DNA of 64,000 nt from Lingula anatina (taxonomy: Eukaryota > Animalia > Brachiopoda). The stretch lies in assembly GCA_051362555.1 (NCBI GenBank), contig CM120648.1, positions 5,204,587-5,268,586 on the forward strand. Direction: 5' to 3'. The notes beneath the pieces were generated by a model. That model was not told the DNA's origin. It searched no databases and was given only the letters and a program-made list of their open reading frames with translations. The position numbers and the translations under genes were made by a program. Shown here in pieces: positions 1 to 13,144 of this stretch (positions are counted from its first letter, which is position 1; every line of letters starts with the position of its first letter).

Positions 1-417
1 AATCTCATCGAAGCTTGTGTGTTCCTGATATCATATGTAATCACCACACTGGCAGTAGTGTATATGTACTGGAGAATGTTTAAGTATGTGCGTCGCGGGC
101 CGCCTAATCTTGGAAGTAACAATGAAAACAATGGTGAACGCTCGAATTTGAAGGCCAGGAAAACTGTTGCCATTTTGGCAGTGGTCATGTTACTGTTTTG
201 GGCACCGGGCATTACACACATGTGTTTGAATATTGTAAACTGTTTTGCAGGATGTGAAAACGAGACATATTATTTAACATATCTGATTTCAGTGATTGGG
301 AACTTTCTGATTGTCTTAAATAGCGTCGTCAATCCCCTGATTTATGGCTTGAGACTGAACATTGTCAGGAAAGGCTATGCCAGGCTATTTGGTTGTGGCA
401 GATGCAATGACTGGTAA
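1..417 (+). CDS. Rhodopsin-like (class A) GPCR, C-terminal part (TM5-TM7), 5' truncated by window
   Basis: Open frame to TAA at 415-417 with hydrophobic TM5, KARKTVAILAVVMLLFWAP (TM6), LNSVVNPLIYGLR (NPxxY, TM7) and a Cys-containing tail; no intron in the visible part. Confidence 0.9.
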   Translation, partial: NLIEACVFLISYVITTLAVVYMYWRMFKYVRRGPPNLGSNNENNGERSNLKARKTVAILAVVMLLFWAPGITHMCLNIVNCFAGCENETYYLTYLISVIGNFLIVLNSVVNPLIYGLRLNIVRKGYARLFGCGRCNDW

Positions 418-2944
418 TTATATGACAAAGCGATCAAGCTCACTTACCTTAACTTCGTTGTCGATATGTGAAAACTTTTATTCTGACAAAAAACTATACA
501 ATTTCCAGAAAAGTTAACCAATCAGACAGGTTTTCCAATTAAAGCTGTATTTTAGTACTATGTTATTTTTCTCTAAGTGTGAGGAGAGTAAGTGGCATGG
601 TTTCCTTTATCAAATATAGTTCTTTAAAATTGCCGGTAGTCTTTTAATTGTTATTAAATGATCATGCCATGTAAACACGATAACACATGAATGCACAGTG
701 ACAAGTCGACGGTTGTACGCACATGCTACTTCATTTTATAGTATACCGATTGGGCAGGACAGAAATACTGTGAATATGTTACATCCGTAAACTTCTGCAG
801 TGATTGATGTGCTAAAATGCTGCGTATATGCATGCTGATCAAAGACGACAATGAACCATACTTTCCTAGGCTCTATACTGCATCATACTTTACACAGGAC
901 GGGAATACTGTGAATATGTGTATGGAACCGAAAACGGAACTTGTTTATAATGTTTTATAGTGTTTTGGTGGCTGTGTTTATACTTACAAACAAATAAATA
1001 AGCTGAACGATAAAATTAAATGTTTTTTCCAGTCACGAGAAGAATGAATGTAGTATTTGTTAATTGTCATTGAGTGTTCTACTTTATGTTAACGTTGAGC
1101 AGTTTTTATCTTTCAATAGGTAACAATAAATAGATAATTTTTATTATGTAGGTCTATGGTTTATCGTTTTTAACGCAAATTTACAAACTTACAATTGTAA
1201 ACAGCACCACGATTAACTTGAATATAGTGCTTGGCATTGGCTTTCGATACATGGAACCTTTGATGTACATTTCATTTTACAAAACATGTCATAATTGATT
1301 TAAGAATGTGGAGAGGGGAGCGACTATTGTGTAACACATTTTGTGATGAAGTAAAGATGTGATGAAGTGAAACGTTGTTGAGATAAGCTTTTTATCGATA
1401 TGCAACATGTTAGTATACCTTGGATGGTACCTCTTCCTCTCCGCACCGTTAAACGATAATGAAGTTTCATTTTGGCTACACTAAACATTTCCGAATAATT
1501 GGTACTTCTAGTAGCCATTTTATAGAATTTTAGAATGCAAAAGACGTGATTTCAGGTTGTGCATGTATGTTTTAGAATCTGAAGGTGGGGATTTTTATTT
1601 TCATGTTGTACTAGTACATACCCGTACATACATGTGTCACTCTAAACCGAATGTGGAGTGTGTTATTTAATTAAGAGGACATTGTTATCATCATTTTCTC
1701 GAAAATTTGTAGTTTAAAAGTTCAATTGCTTGAAAAATACAAAAAATGTCGAAACGTAAAACATTAATTCACGTGTATTAATAAAACGTATATTTCTATT
1801 GTCACACCTACCAGTGCATCTTCTTAAAGTTCTATCCGCGTGTAATAAAACTAAAAACAATACTGTTTGTGTTTTTTTGCTGTCTATAATTCATATGAAT
1901 GCATTTATCCTTCGTTGAGTATGATTTTTTTTACATTACAAACATATTGTGCACTTTTTAAAGCTTTTTTCTAATTCTACACATGGAACAAGTGTCTTAA
2001 GGCTACTGTCACCCTTCGCCCCAAACTCCTTATTTAATGCCTTAAATATATCCTTTTGAGTAATAAATAAATCTTCAGTATTCAGTAACTATACTAATTA
2101 ACAATTACGCATATGTAACCTTACGGTGACGTCATTATTGCGATTTTTGGGTAAAAACTGAAAAATCGGACTTCTCAAATTTCTCTTTTACCTGAGCACC
2201 CACGGTCACCGTTTCAACGTTAACGCCGGTTTAATGACACCATTTAGTTTTCCAAAACCCTTTCAGCGGTTTTTCTTAAAAGTCTTAGTTAAGATTTTAT
2301 CGTTGACAAAGCAAAAAATCCCTTTGTTTAATGAAAATCTGTAATTGGGGGCTCATAACTCCATAACAAAAATATTTTAACTAAAATGACGGCACGGGAT
2401 TGTAGCCGACACACTCCTGGTCAACTCTGATATTATCATGAAAAAATCTTGTTCATTTCATTGTTTAAAGTCAGCACAAAGATAGCTGCATTATTGAATA
2501 ATTAGATGCAAGAAAAAACTATTTTCGGTATCTGGATGAGGGTTTCAATATCGTAATAAGCTTCGGCTTCGTTGCCAAGGTGTTGTTGCTATGGGTGGGG
2601 GCGAAATAAATAAATATTGCTCTTACTACTAATCATGGGAAAGAGAAAAAAATAACGTGAAGGGGAATTAACTAATTGTTATTAATCGCAGTATTAGCCT
2701 CTTTTTCAATTATCTTAGTCATTTGTGATCATGTAACAAAGCAGTTTGGAGATCTTGTGTTGGGGTAACCTCTAGGGGGGTCACCTTGTGTTGGGGTCAC
2801 CTCAAACCTCTGGGGGAGATAATTAATCAACATTCCGACGTCAAAAGTTGACCTCATCTGGGAAGGTCAATGTTTATATGATAGTGACGAACACACCTTG
2901 TGCAGTAGGTACGTCATGATAAAGATGATTCCCTTGCCTTTCAG

Positions 2945-5928
2945 GAGTCGCGCTGTGGGTATGTCATGATCATTATGGTGGTGCTGTGGTTGACGGAAGC
3001 GCTCCCCCTAGCGGTGACGGCGTTATTCCCCATGTGTCTCTTTCCCGCTCTTGGGGTCATGAAGTCAAGTGAAGTTGTGCAGAATTATATCAAGGTTAGA
3101 CTATATGACTGCATTCTTTCCTGCAGTATTAAAACTTAAATGTAAAATAAAAGTAAAAGAAGACTTTCATGTTTCTAGAATAGTTTGGAAGGCGAATTCC
3201 CTCTAGAATCGTTTTTATAAGCATGTACATATTCAAAAAATAGGAAAACCGCATCACATGACTATTTTTTTTCTTATATCCAAACAACTCTTATGAAAAG
3301 AGCACCTTTTGATAAAATACATTTATGATATTGCATTACTGCTATTTCTGCACTGACAAAGGCATATACACGCAGTCGTTATACAGTATGACTTTTCTAA
3401 TGTGATAAATTTTCAAAAAAAAAAAAAAAAAAAAAATAAATAAAATAAAATAAAATAAAATAAAATAAAATAAAAGACTATACTGCCCTTTTCCAGGATG
3501 TCTCTATGTTGTTTATGGGAGGTATGGCAGTTGCCGTAGCTATTGAAAGATGGAACCTCCACAAGCGGTTTGCTCTTGGTATTCTGCTCTTAGTAGGAAC
3601 AAAGCCAAGATGGTAACTATTGCTACACTGTACAGTATCTGGGCTTTCTTTCTAAGGTTTTGTGCTGGTGGGAGTTAGGTGGGGAGTTTGGTGGGGAAAC
3701 CAGACATAGCAGAAAGATGTCTCCGTCTGCTTAGTTCAACTTAATGGTATTCACAAATAAATAAAGAGGACGAACAACTGCGAAAGCATTTGCCAAGAAT
3801 ATTTTCATTAACCACGAACCAATAATAAATCAGTCAATAAGTAGATAAACGACACAATTTTCAGTTTAAAGAACTTCAAGTTAAAAAGGGGAGGAGGGCA
3901 TTCTACAGACGATTCCAAATTTATGTATCTTTGCACAATTTTTTCTTCGTTTTAGGCTGATGCTTGGCTTTATGATACCAACCTGGTTTCTTTCCATGTG
4001 GATAAGTAATACAGCCACGGCCGCCATGATGTTGCCAATTGTACAGGCGGTTCTAAACCAACTGCGGGATCACAAGACAGAAGCATCTCCCCTCACCGAT
4101 ACTGAGACGGAATCTATTACTATGGCAAGTGGTGCGTCTTCTGGAACTTGCTGTTTTTTATGTTTTTTGTCAGTTTGCAATATCTAAACATGGTTTCCTT
4201 TCTTTAGATTATTTTCAAATTATGATATTTAAATCCTCAAAGAAGCAACCTAAATATTAGCATTTTTGAAAATTGTCATACGATTTGGAATTTCAAACTC
4301 AATTTGCACTCGTTCATAAACATATTGCTAACCGTTCTAACGGGTACAGGAGAATGTCTAAAAATGGCGAGCGGTAGTCAAGAATGCGCTTAACAGCAGC
4401 AATGTCGTATTCCGTGCATCATGTAAATTAAAACACAACTTAGCATAATCTAAAGACAAAATAACTATATTTCCGAAATGTCGAAGCTGAATTTGTCAGT
4501 GTTTTTTCCGTTTCACGGACTCGGCTCTCTTTCGTAATGCACTCTGCAGGTATTTAACTCTTTAGTTCCATCTTCAAGGGTCTGCCGTAGAAGACGATAC
4601 CAGTGTATCACCCCCGGAGTGCATAGCAGGGGACGAGGAAAGCAGTTTTACACTGACGTGAGTAGGGCGCCCTATTCGCATCGAAGGCTAACGAATGGTG
4701 CTCAGGCCTTCAGCCGCCAATTTACAGTGAGGGATCCTTTATTTGAACTTATGGACGTTTAATCTTTTTAAGTGACCCAATTGAAAAATAGCTTAGCACC
4801 TAGATTCAGAGCAGACATTTTTCGGTCACAAGGTCTTTTTCGACCCCCCTCTCCGATCCCCTTATTTACCACGTCCCCCAAAACAAAACACAGAGCAACA
4901 ACCAAATCAATGCAAGCAGCTGATTGACCGATAAAAATATTTCAAAACTTCTTTAAACATATTTGTGCTATTTAACATTTTAGAGAAGAAGACGCTATAT
5001 CGGAGAGGCCTTCTGTGTCGGGGAAAACGGATTCTCGCCTTTCCAAAGCTTTCTTGCTGGCCATTTGTTACTCTGCAAACTTTGGGGGGACGTCAGCAAT
5101 CACCGGAACAGCCGCCAACTTTGTTCTCAAATATGAAGCCGATAAGTAAGGAACAAGTGTTATACCAACTTTTTAAATCCATTTACTTGACTGAAAAATA
5201 CAGGTCCCACCAAAATACTTTTTTCTTAAGGAAACATTTCTGTCGTTGCTGCTCTCATGTTGTACCCAGTGTAGCTTAGCGCACTTTGTGATTGCATCAT
5301 CATCATCACCATTATTTATTAACGTGCCATGTGCATCCCAGATTCTTTCCGTACGTAACCGTTCTGGTCCCTTTGTCGCCCCACACACTGCAACTGTGAC
5401 TCAGGTAATTGCATATCAGTACTGTATCATGTCCAAGAGTTTAGAGAGTACATGTATGCTTAGAGAGTATAGTAGAGAGTTGAAACTTTACAACTGGACT
5501 GTAAATGCGTCTTAAGATATCTTATTAGAGAATAATATACCATTGGATGGCCTTTGTATATGAAATGGTTCCTTTTGTTTCCAACAGATTGTTTGGAGAG
5601 CACGGAGAGCAGTCTGGAGTCACTTTCACCTCCTGGATGGCGTTTGCAATGCCGATTGCGTTGATAAATATGACAATTGGGTGGCTGTGGCTACAGCTAC
5701 TTCACATTGGGTTCAGGTGAGAGGTGTACGGCTATAAGCTTTTTAATATGACGATTGTATAGTTTGTGGCATTACCGGTAAGCAGTTTCAAGAAAGGATT
5801 TCCTTTTTGGGAAAGCAATAACAAATCGTTGATTTAACTATACCATTTAGTACCTTTTAAAATACTGTTTTCTTTGTCGCGTCTTAATTGCCTTCTGAAA
5901 AAGCAAGAGAGTGCGCGCGCGCGCATAG

Positions 5929-5960
<32 letters not shown>

Positions 5961-8904
5961 ACGCACTATAAATATTGAGCGTGTGTTCTTTTATACGTGA
6001 ATGAAGAAGTGAACATACATTTTAGAGATTGCTGCAGCAAAAATGACGAACAGTCCGTTGCCGTTCGTAATGTTATCAGAGAAGAATACAGACAACTAGG
6101 AAAGATACAGTGAGTGAGCCTATATACAAATGGCGCTATATTCACGAAGTAAATGGAAAATGAATAATGAGAGAAACAAAATCTGGCTTATTGTTACTTT
6201 CATCACTAAAAAACAATGATAAAAAGTATTATTTAAAAAGGATGTTTTTGTTGTCATGAAAAGAACAATACTCTTACCCAGAAAGTCTATATATAAAAGA
6301 AATGATTTACTTATTTTTTCCATAGGTTTGCAGAGTTATCGGTTTGTGCCCATTTTGTTGCTATTGCCCTCTTGTGGTTGACACGTGACCCGGGGCAGGC
6401 CGGAGGCTGGGGAGTCATATTCCTGGACGGGTATGTAAGGAGGTCACGGCGCCACTTGCGGATCTAGGATTGGCTGGAGCGTCTGTGGGGAGGGGGGGAC
6501 ACATAATAAACATTGCTTAGTTTTAGTTCGGTAATTAAAAGAGGAAGTCAATTTAATATTATATTCATATGTAGGGTACAAGGATGTAAATGTTATTTTT
6601 GGGTTTTGCCTACTTTTACCCTGAACTCTGCTTTGTATTTTAAAACTGGGGCCATCCACAAGTTCTACTCGGTCTTTTCTAACCGCTACAAGACTGAATC
6701 GAAGATTCTGTCCAATTTTTTAATAACTTAGAGAGCCCTGGTAGAGGGTAGAGAAGAATTGACATTTCAAAAGCTAAGCTCCTCTATATCAGTTATATCT
6801 CAGTTATTATTTATTTATTATTTTTGGAGGGGGGTGTCGTTTATGAAGAGCCTCGTGCCTCCCCCTACCTTTAAGCAAAAACACGGTAACATGAATTGAA
6901 CTAACTTGTCTAACATTCTGCTCTTAAACCCTTCAAATTGTACATCAAACCACACAGAAACTTGCCAAGTCACGTTAAACATATGCATTCTTATTTAGAT
7001 ATGTGTCAGACGCCACTCCGGCCATCCTGGTCACCTTGTCGCTGTTTGTGTGGCCTGCCGCACTTCCTCATAAAATACCAGGTGAGCTCATCCTGAAACT
7101 CCATCAGACTTGTGGTATGTTGTAACTGGTAAAATCCGTCAATGTGATATTTAAGATTTTAATGGTTTGGCGGAGTGACTGGGATACAATTATCTCAATG
7201 CGGTAGAGACAGCTGTTTCAAATGTTTGCAGTTGTGCTGGTTTCATCTGGCGCATTCTTCTTCTTCAATATATAGAGGATGATTGAAACTAAAATTCAAA
7301 AAGGATGGTTGCAATATAAACAGTTTGTGAATATTACAAGATTTACTTTCAGTCTTGAGAGGACCTATATAATTATACAAGTAAGATAATCGTAATGAAT
7401 CATATAGCGAAGAAAAATACTTGAACTCTTGATTAGCATATTATTGGAAATGTAGTGTGAGAATCGTGGGTCAAGTCTTACATCCTTTTTTATGTCTTTT
7501 AGGCGAATTACCAAACCAGAAACGAATTAAAAGATACGTGGCTTTGCTAGACTGGGGAACCTTTAATGCCAAGATGCCGTGGAACATTGTGCTCCTACTT
7601 GGCGGGGGGTTTGCGCTGGCTGACGGCACTGTGGTAAGAATGACGTCATTTGACGTCACGCTGCGTCATGACGTCCAAATTGGTATTTTATTTTTGCTGG
7701 ATGTACGGTGTGATTCTTCTAAAAAAGGCTACATGTGTAAGATAATTTAATTTTTTCTTAATTGAAATCTGGTCTTCTTTACAGAATAGTATCACAGGTG
7801 TGAGAGAATTTTACACAGACAGCATATTATACACAGATATATTATGTACATCATAAAGTGCACGAAAATCTTCCGTTGTTTCAGAAATCTGGTCTGTCAG
7901 CGTCAATTGGACAGAGTCTAGAGCTTTTAAACCCGTTGCCTGATTGGCTGGTCGTCTTACTGGTGTGCCTTTTGGTGTCCTTTGCAACTGAGGTCACCAG
8001 TAACGTAGCAACCGTTACTATGCTCATGCCAATCCTAGCTGAGCTGGTAAGTTCTTTCTTAAATGGACCCGATATGCCGAGGGAATCTTGTAAAATGTTT
8101 TTTTTTCTCTGCAGCGGTAAATTACATCTTTTTAAAGGTGGTTGAGTATATAAAAAATGTTTTATTGCATTGTCATAGGGCACCATACTGATGTTCATTT
8201 GTTATAGTATAATTGTAAAAATAATTCTTTTTCAGTCGGTAACAATGGGAACTCATCCCTTGTATGTCATGTTCCCCGCCATTTTAGCAGCCTCGTTTGC
8301 ATTTATGTTACCCGTGGCTACTCCTGCCAACGCTTTGGTATTCTCGTATGGCCATCTTCGCATTTGGGACATGGTATGAAAAAATTAGTCGGACAATGTT
8401 TTTAGAAATTAAAACGACTATTTTGTCTGTTACTATCACGTTTTGACGGAACTGGTATTATCATTTGATGTTCCCCTTGGCGGGGAAAATACGTCACACA
8501 CGATATTAGAATTTTTGCTTCACGTACTGTTGTTTAAATTATTACTCAGTGACATTTAAAGTAAATATAAACTCTTTGTGGTAAACATGAATTGTCTAGT
8601 AATGTTTTGATTAACAGAAGGGGTATAAACCTGTCATTCAATAAGAAATAATCTGATTTTGTTTTACGAGGTGGTTCTTGTTTCAATCACATAATTTTGT
8701 ACTTGTCATCTTCAGGTGAAGAATGGGTTGTTTATGAACACTGTTTGCCTGGTGACATTAATGGTCTGTATCAACACGTGGGGATGGGTTCAACTGAACC
8801 TTGACAACGTCCCGTCTTGGGTCGGCAAAAGACCTGTGGTGAACATGACGGGTGCGCCATCTACAGTGCAAACATTCAACGCCACTGACGTATTATATTT
8901 ATGA
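2945..8904 (+). CDS. SLC13 family Na+-coupled di/tricarboxylate cotransporter (NaDC/NaCT/INDY-like), multi-exon; first coding exon not identified
   Basis: Exons with AG/GT boundaries and consistent phase: 2945-3094, 3497-3612, 3956-4131, ~4579-4657, 4984-5145, 5588-5716, 6026-6109, 6326-6430, 6999-7081, 7503-7633, 7885-8046, 8236-8373, 8716-8904. Motifs [80 protein letters not shown]. Confidence 0.93.
7641..7675. promoter_or_regulatory. Cluster of CRE/ATF-like sites in an SLC13 intron
   Basis: TGACGTCA at 7641-7648 and 7651-7658, TGCGTCA at 7662-7668, TGACGTC at 7669-7675. Confidence 0.3.
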
Positions 8905-11900
8905 CGATTCAGCGCCATTTAGGAAAACGGCGACTTTTTTTGAAGCAACAGCATGTTAAGAATCCGCACAGGCTGGATTTTCGGAACATACACACGCACA
9001 AACACTCGAACAAAAACATATTTGTTAAGAGAAATTATTCATTAAATTAGGAAATGCTCAATCAACTGAAAGAGTTTTCATACTTGATTAATTTACCTTG
9101 GGGTAAACGGTATATTTCTCCGACTAACCGACCCTTGACCTCTCTTTCCTCTGCAGCAATCTGAGTAAATGAACAACTCCTAAACCTTGGTAAACTGCGG
9201 GTTTTCAAGTAGGGTTTGTCACATTCCGCCATAATTATGAGCATTGACCATCAGGTTGCCTGAGATTCAAAACAGTGTCAAGATGGAATTTTCAGACAGT
9301 TAGCAATGAATTAAACTATTTTTGGTGATATTAATTCATGGCATTTATCTGTTATAAATGATAAAAAATTGGTTGTCCGTAGGTACTAGGAATTAAAAAA
9401 ATAAATGGTTTTAAATAAAAATGTGTGTTTAAAACCTTACGATTTATTTATTTATTGCATTTTGTATCATGCGCCACAGATCCAACAAAACTTATTGTGA
9501 CCAAATTTATTAGTCAAAGGTTGCGTAGGCACAATCGTTTTATTTGGTACCATTTACCCCTGGGTACTTTGAATGGCGGAAATATCTAGCACTATGTTTT
9601 GATCAACACTTAAGGCATTACATTTACCAGCTGAGGCCTACATACTGTATATATGTACGTGTACCAGTCCACAATGTGATATATTGAACGTAATGCTTTT
9701 TGCAGTTGTATCTGTTTACATTCACTCGACTATTCACCAGCAGGCTTGTCATACCACCATCAGTATTTCTATGTCTGGTTATAAAATATGTAACCACATT
9801 TTTTTCATAATGATCCGCAATAATGCACCGCGAAAGAATTTATCTTGCTGTTACATGAAGTTGTGAAATAAATTGGGAAAGAGGCGAATTGTGTCACATT
9901 TTGTAAAGTTCAAAGACATCGGGACTTACATGACACATTCAGCAGTTGATTATGATTATGTTCGAGACATTTTGTTCTGTCGCCATCGATTTCAACATTT
10001 TGACACCAATCTCAACAAAGATTGAGATAGAACATGATGGCAATAGAACATGGCGTCATCCCTTGCCTGTCTCCCAGACTTAGATATCTCCACCTATCAT
10101 AACTTTCTACCATATATAAAGCTATTGAGGCGTACAACTGCACATACACGTAGTTGTCTGTATTGATCACCAAACCGTGCAGTCACGAGATCTAACCTCT
10201 CAGTGCCATTCTAATCCCTCATGATCACTCTAGTCGCCCACCGACACTGTTATTGGCGAATTCGATAATTTGCAATGCCCAGCGGTGGAATCGGCCAGAA
10301 ACCAAACGGCCCCTGGTTTACAGTGAGCGTGTATGGCCCAACCGTCACACGCCGTTTGGGATTTAACGCATTTCTTAAGGAATATTGCACCATTAAGTGC
10401 TAGAACTTTTACAAAACACGTTTTATATCTTACTCTTGTAAAAGGAAAAAGGACATGTAACGTTGATATTTTCCAATATTAATATTTTGCAAATAAGAAT
10501 TAAATCGATCATTATAATAAAATTCTTATCCCCTGTATTTCTTACCTAATCGACATACACTAGCAATTCTACATACACACATCAAAATATCCATAGCATA
10601 CACACCCAAAAGCAACCAAGTACATGTAAAAGTAATCGAGCATGTCTCTCCTAAATTGAGAAATCCCTTCTAACCCCCCCCCCCCCCCCCCGTCTTCCTC
10701 TGTAAATATCTAGCCCTTCTTCATCGATCGTCATTTGCGTCATGCCCTCCCGACGCGTGGATACACAGAAGCACCGTGCCATTTGTTCCTTAAACAATCA
10801 AATATCTCCTCAAGTAGGTTATAAAGATTGTCAAAGAGACTGATGTCATTATTGTTATAAGCAAGTACAATATCCTCTGCTTGGGCTCTGTTATAATGAT
10901 ACTCGGTTGGGGCCTGCTGTTCTCAATATGTCTTGCTCTTTTTCATCAAGGGTTCCAATCATTCTATCTTTCAGATATTTTCCTTGGATTTAATACCATC
11001 GTGCCAATATCAGGAGAAAGACAAAGATTTGCTTTAATGGGTTTTATTCATATTCATACCCGTATAGACTTTAGTAAATAGGTTTACATGTTGATTACCT
11101 GTAGCATAAGTTATAAACAGTAGAAAAAGTAACATATTTGCCGAGGTACAGTATCAAACGACGTGACATTTTTAGACTTAAAGGTGCTTTTCCACCAGAA
11201 TACAAGGCAAGGTGAGTTCGCTTAGGGCTAAGTTTCTATGTAGTGCGCATTCTGCTAAATTTATCACAATATTAGTACAACAATTTTTTGGTCTGTAGGC
11301 GCGTTTTCAGAAGCCAGATTCAGTTCATTAGATATAACTATGCACGAGGTACATCTGCACCGCTTTGCCTGACTACATCCCCTGCCGATGGCTGATCGTG
11401 GAGGGGGGGGGGGGGGCATGTCCCTCCCCCTAGCTTTAGTAGGACTCTTTTTCCCTCCTCTCCCCAGATGATATTGTAACGAACAAAACGAGTCAAAATA
11501 TCATGGAATTATCCATTCCAGTGCCCTAAATATTATGGCAATTTAACATCCTCTGCGGTTTTATCATTTGCCTCCACATTTTGTTATCCTAGCACCTGCT
11601 TTCCTCTGGAAAATTTCGAAACTGCACTTGTCAGCTCACCTAAACCCCTAAAATAAAACCTAGGGAGATAAATTGAATTTTAAGCCTAGCTACGCGGTGT
11701 TCTGTACGAGAAAGTCCGCCACGATACAGAGGCCGGTTAACGTACCCATTGGTTTGTACAGGATTTTTACCCTCTTGCGTCACACTAACCCAAACCTGTG
11801 TGAATCTAATGGAGGGCGGACTCTGTGTTACATGGGCCCCCAGTTTCTGAAAACCGGTTGCAGAGCTCGTAGCTTTCTGTATGCGCCGGGTTTAAGTTCC

Positions 11901-12279
11901 ATGGCGTGCGTGAGCGTACTGTTCACACACACCTTACAGCTGCTGGGCGCGTGGACCGTGACGTTTTTCTTAACAAATTACAAATTAAAGTCTCTCTGAC
12001 AACACTCTCATAAGAAAAGATTGATCACAACGCTCGAGTGTCTGAGCGATTTCAATCAAAGTCAAGTCCAGCGCTATTACAGTTCTCGTTAAACGTTATC
12101 GTACTTAAAGTGGCGCGGCACTGGCTAGGTTGCAGTCGAGTGTTTGCCATTACAGCGTTAGTGTGTGTGTGTGTGCGCGCGAGTGTTACAAGTCACGAGT
12201 TCCGTTTAAATAACACGGTGGGCAAGCGAGCTTGGTTGAAAAGCCAGTATTTAGAGACGAGGTGCCAATGAGACTACTC

Positions 12280-12348
12280 AAATATATAGCTTGAAAATTT
12301 CATCCAAGATAATCTACGATAATAGCTGTTAAAAAAAGAAAGGTAAGT
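12280..12348 (+). other. Probable non-coding 5' exon end of tyrosine decarboxylase
   Basis: Consensus donor AAG|GTAAGT at 12340-12348; acceptor tttag ending 13122, 22 nt before the ATG at 13145. The exon start is a guess. Confidence 0.4.
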
Positions 12349-13144
12349 TTAAATGTTGTGTTATTCTTGTCAGGCAGGATGGGTTTTTTGGTAGATTACA
12401 AAGAAATTTTATTTTTTTCATAACATACCATAATTTGCAAGAGTCCAATAGTGCCTCCTGTTAGAAAAAGTTGCCTTCACAAATTCAATAATTTTAACCA
12501 AATATTACATTTGGAATAAAATCGAATGGAAATAAAATAAAATTTACAGGGTAAATGTATGAAAACGGTGATTAGACAATACGGGTAAGCCAAAAACAGT
12601 CTGCCAAACACGTCAAATTTCAACCTAGCCCGTCACAAAAATGAGCGCTACTTTCTGGGCCATGAGGGCGGATAAAGTGAAAAATCCTACTGGTCGATGC
12701 CAGCCTTTTCAGCGTATTTTGATCACTTCAGGGGTTAACAAGAGAAGCGAAGGTTTATATCAACCAGGAAACTGGTGACTAGGCTTAATCGCGCCGTACA
12801 GTGGGTATTTCAAGGGGTTGCGTTCTACTTTTGCATTTTTGCTGTTCCTAAATTATTAAGTCTTATGTAGGATTCAGCACAAAGTTGAGTTGGCTTCTAG
12901 GTCTTATACAGGGTGGCCCATAAAAAAACGACCTATTTCCTTTCCTTTTCAATTAAAAATGGGTCGTTTTTTATTTTATTTATTTATTTTTTTTTTTGGG
13001 GGGGGGCGTGTATTCAGCATAATTTTGCAACGGCTAGAAGACGTCTAGTAGAGAGTCACACTTGCGCTATTTATTTTATGTCACAGTAATAAATCACCTT
13101 ATTTAATTCATGTCTTATTTAGGCGAACGAGAGAAACGAGGACA

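Noticed and set aside
1997-2700. Possible non-autonomous DNA transposon
   Set aside because: Terminal inverted repeats too weak to support.
4124-4579. Possible GC-AG intron in SLC13 (ATG|GCAAGT at 4124 to tttag 4565)
   Set aside because: A canonical GT donor after 4131 with acceptor at 4578 keeps the frame equally well; cannot decide without transcripts.
11181-11730. Possible degenerate inverted-repeat element upstream of tdc
   Set aside because: Arms too diverged to delimit by eye.
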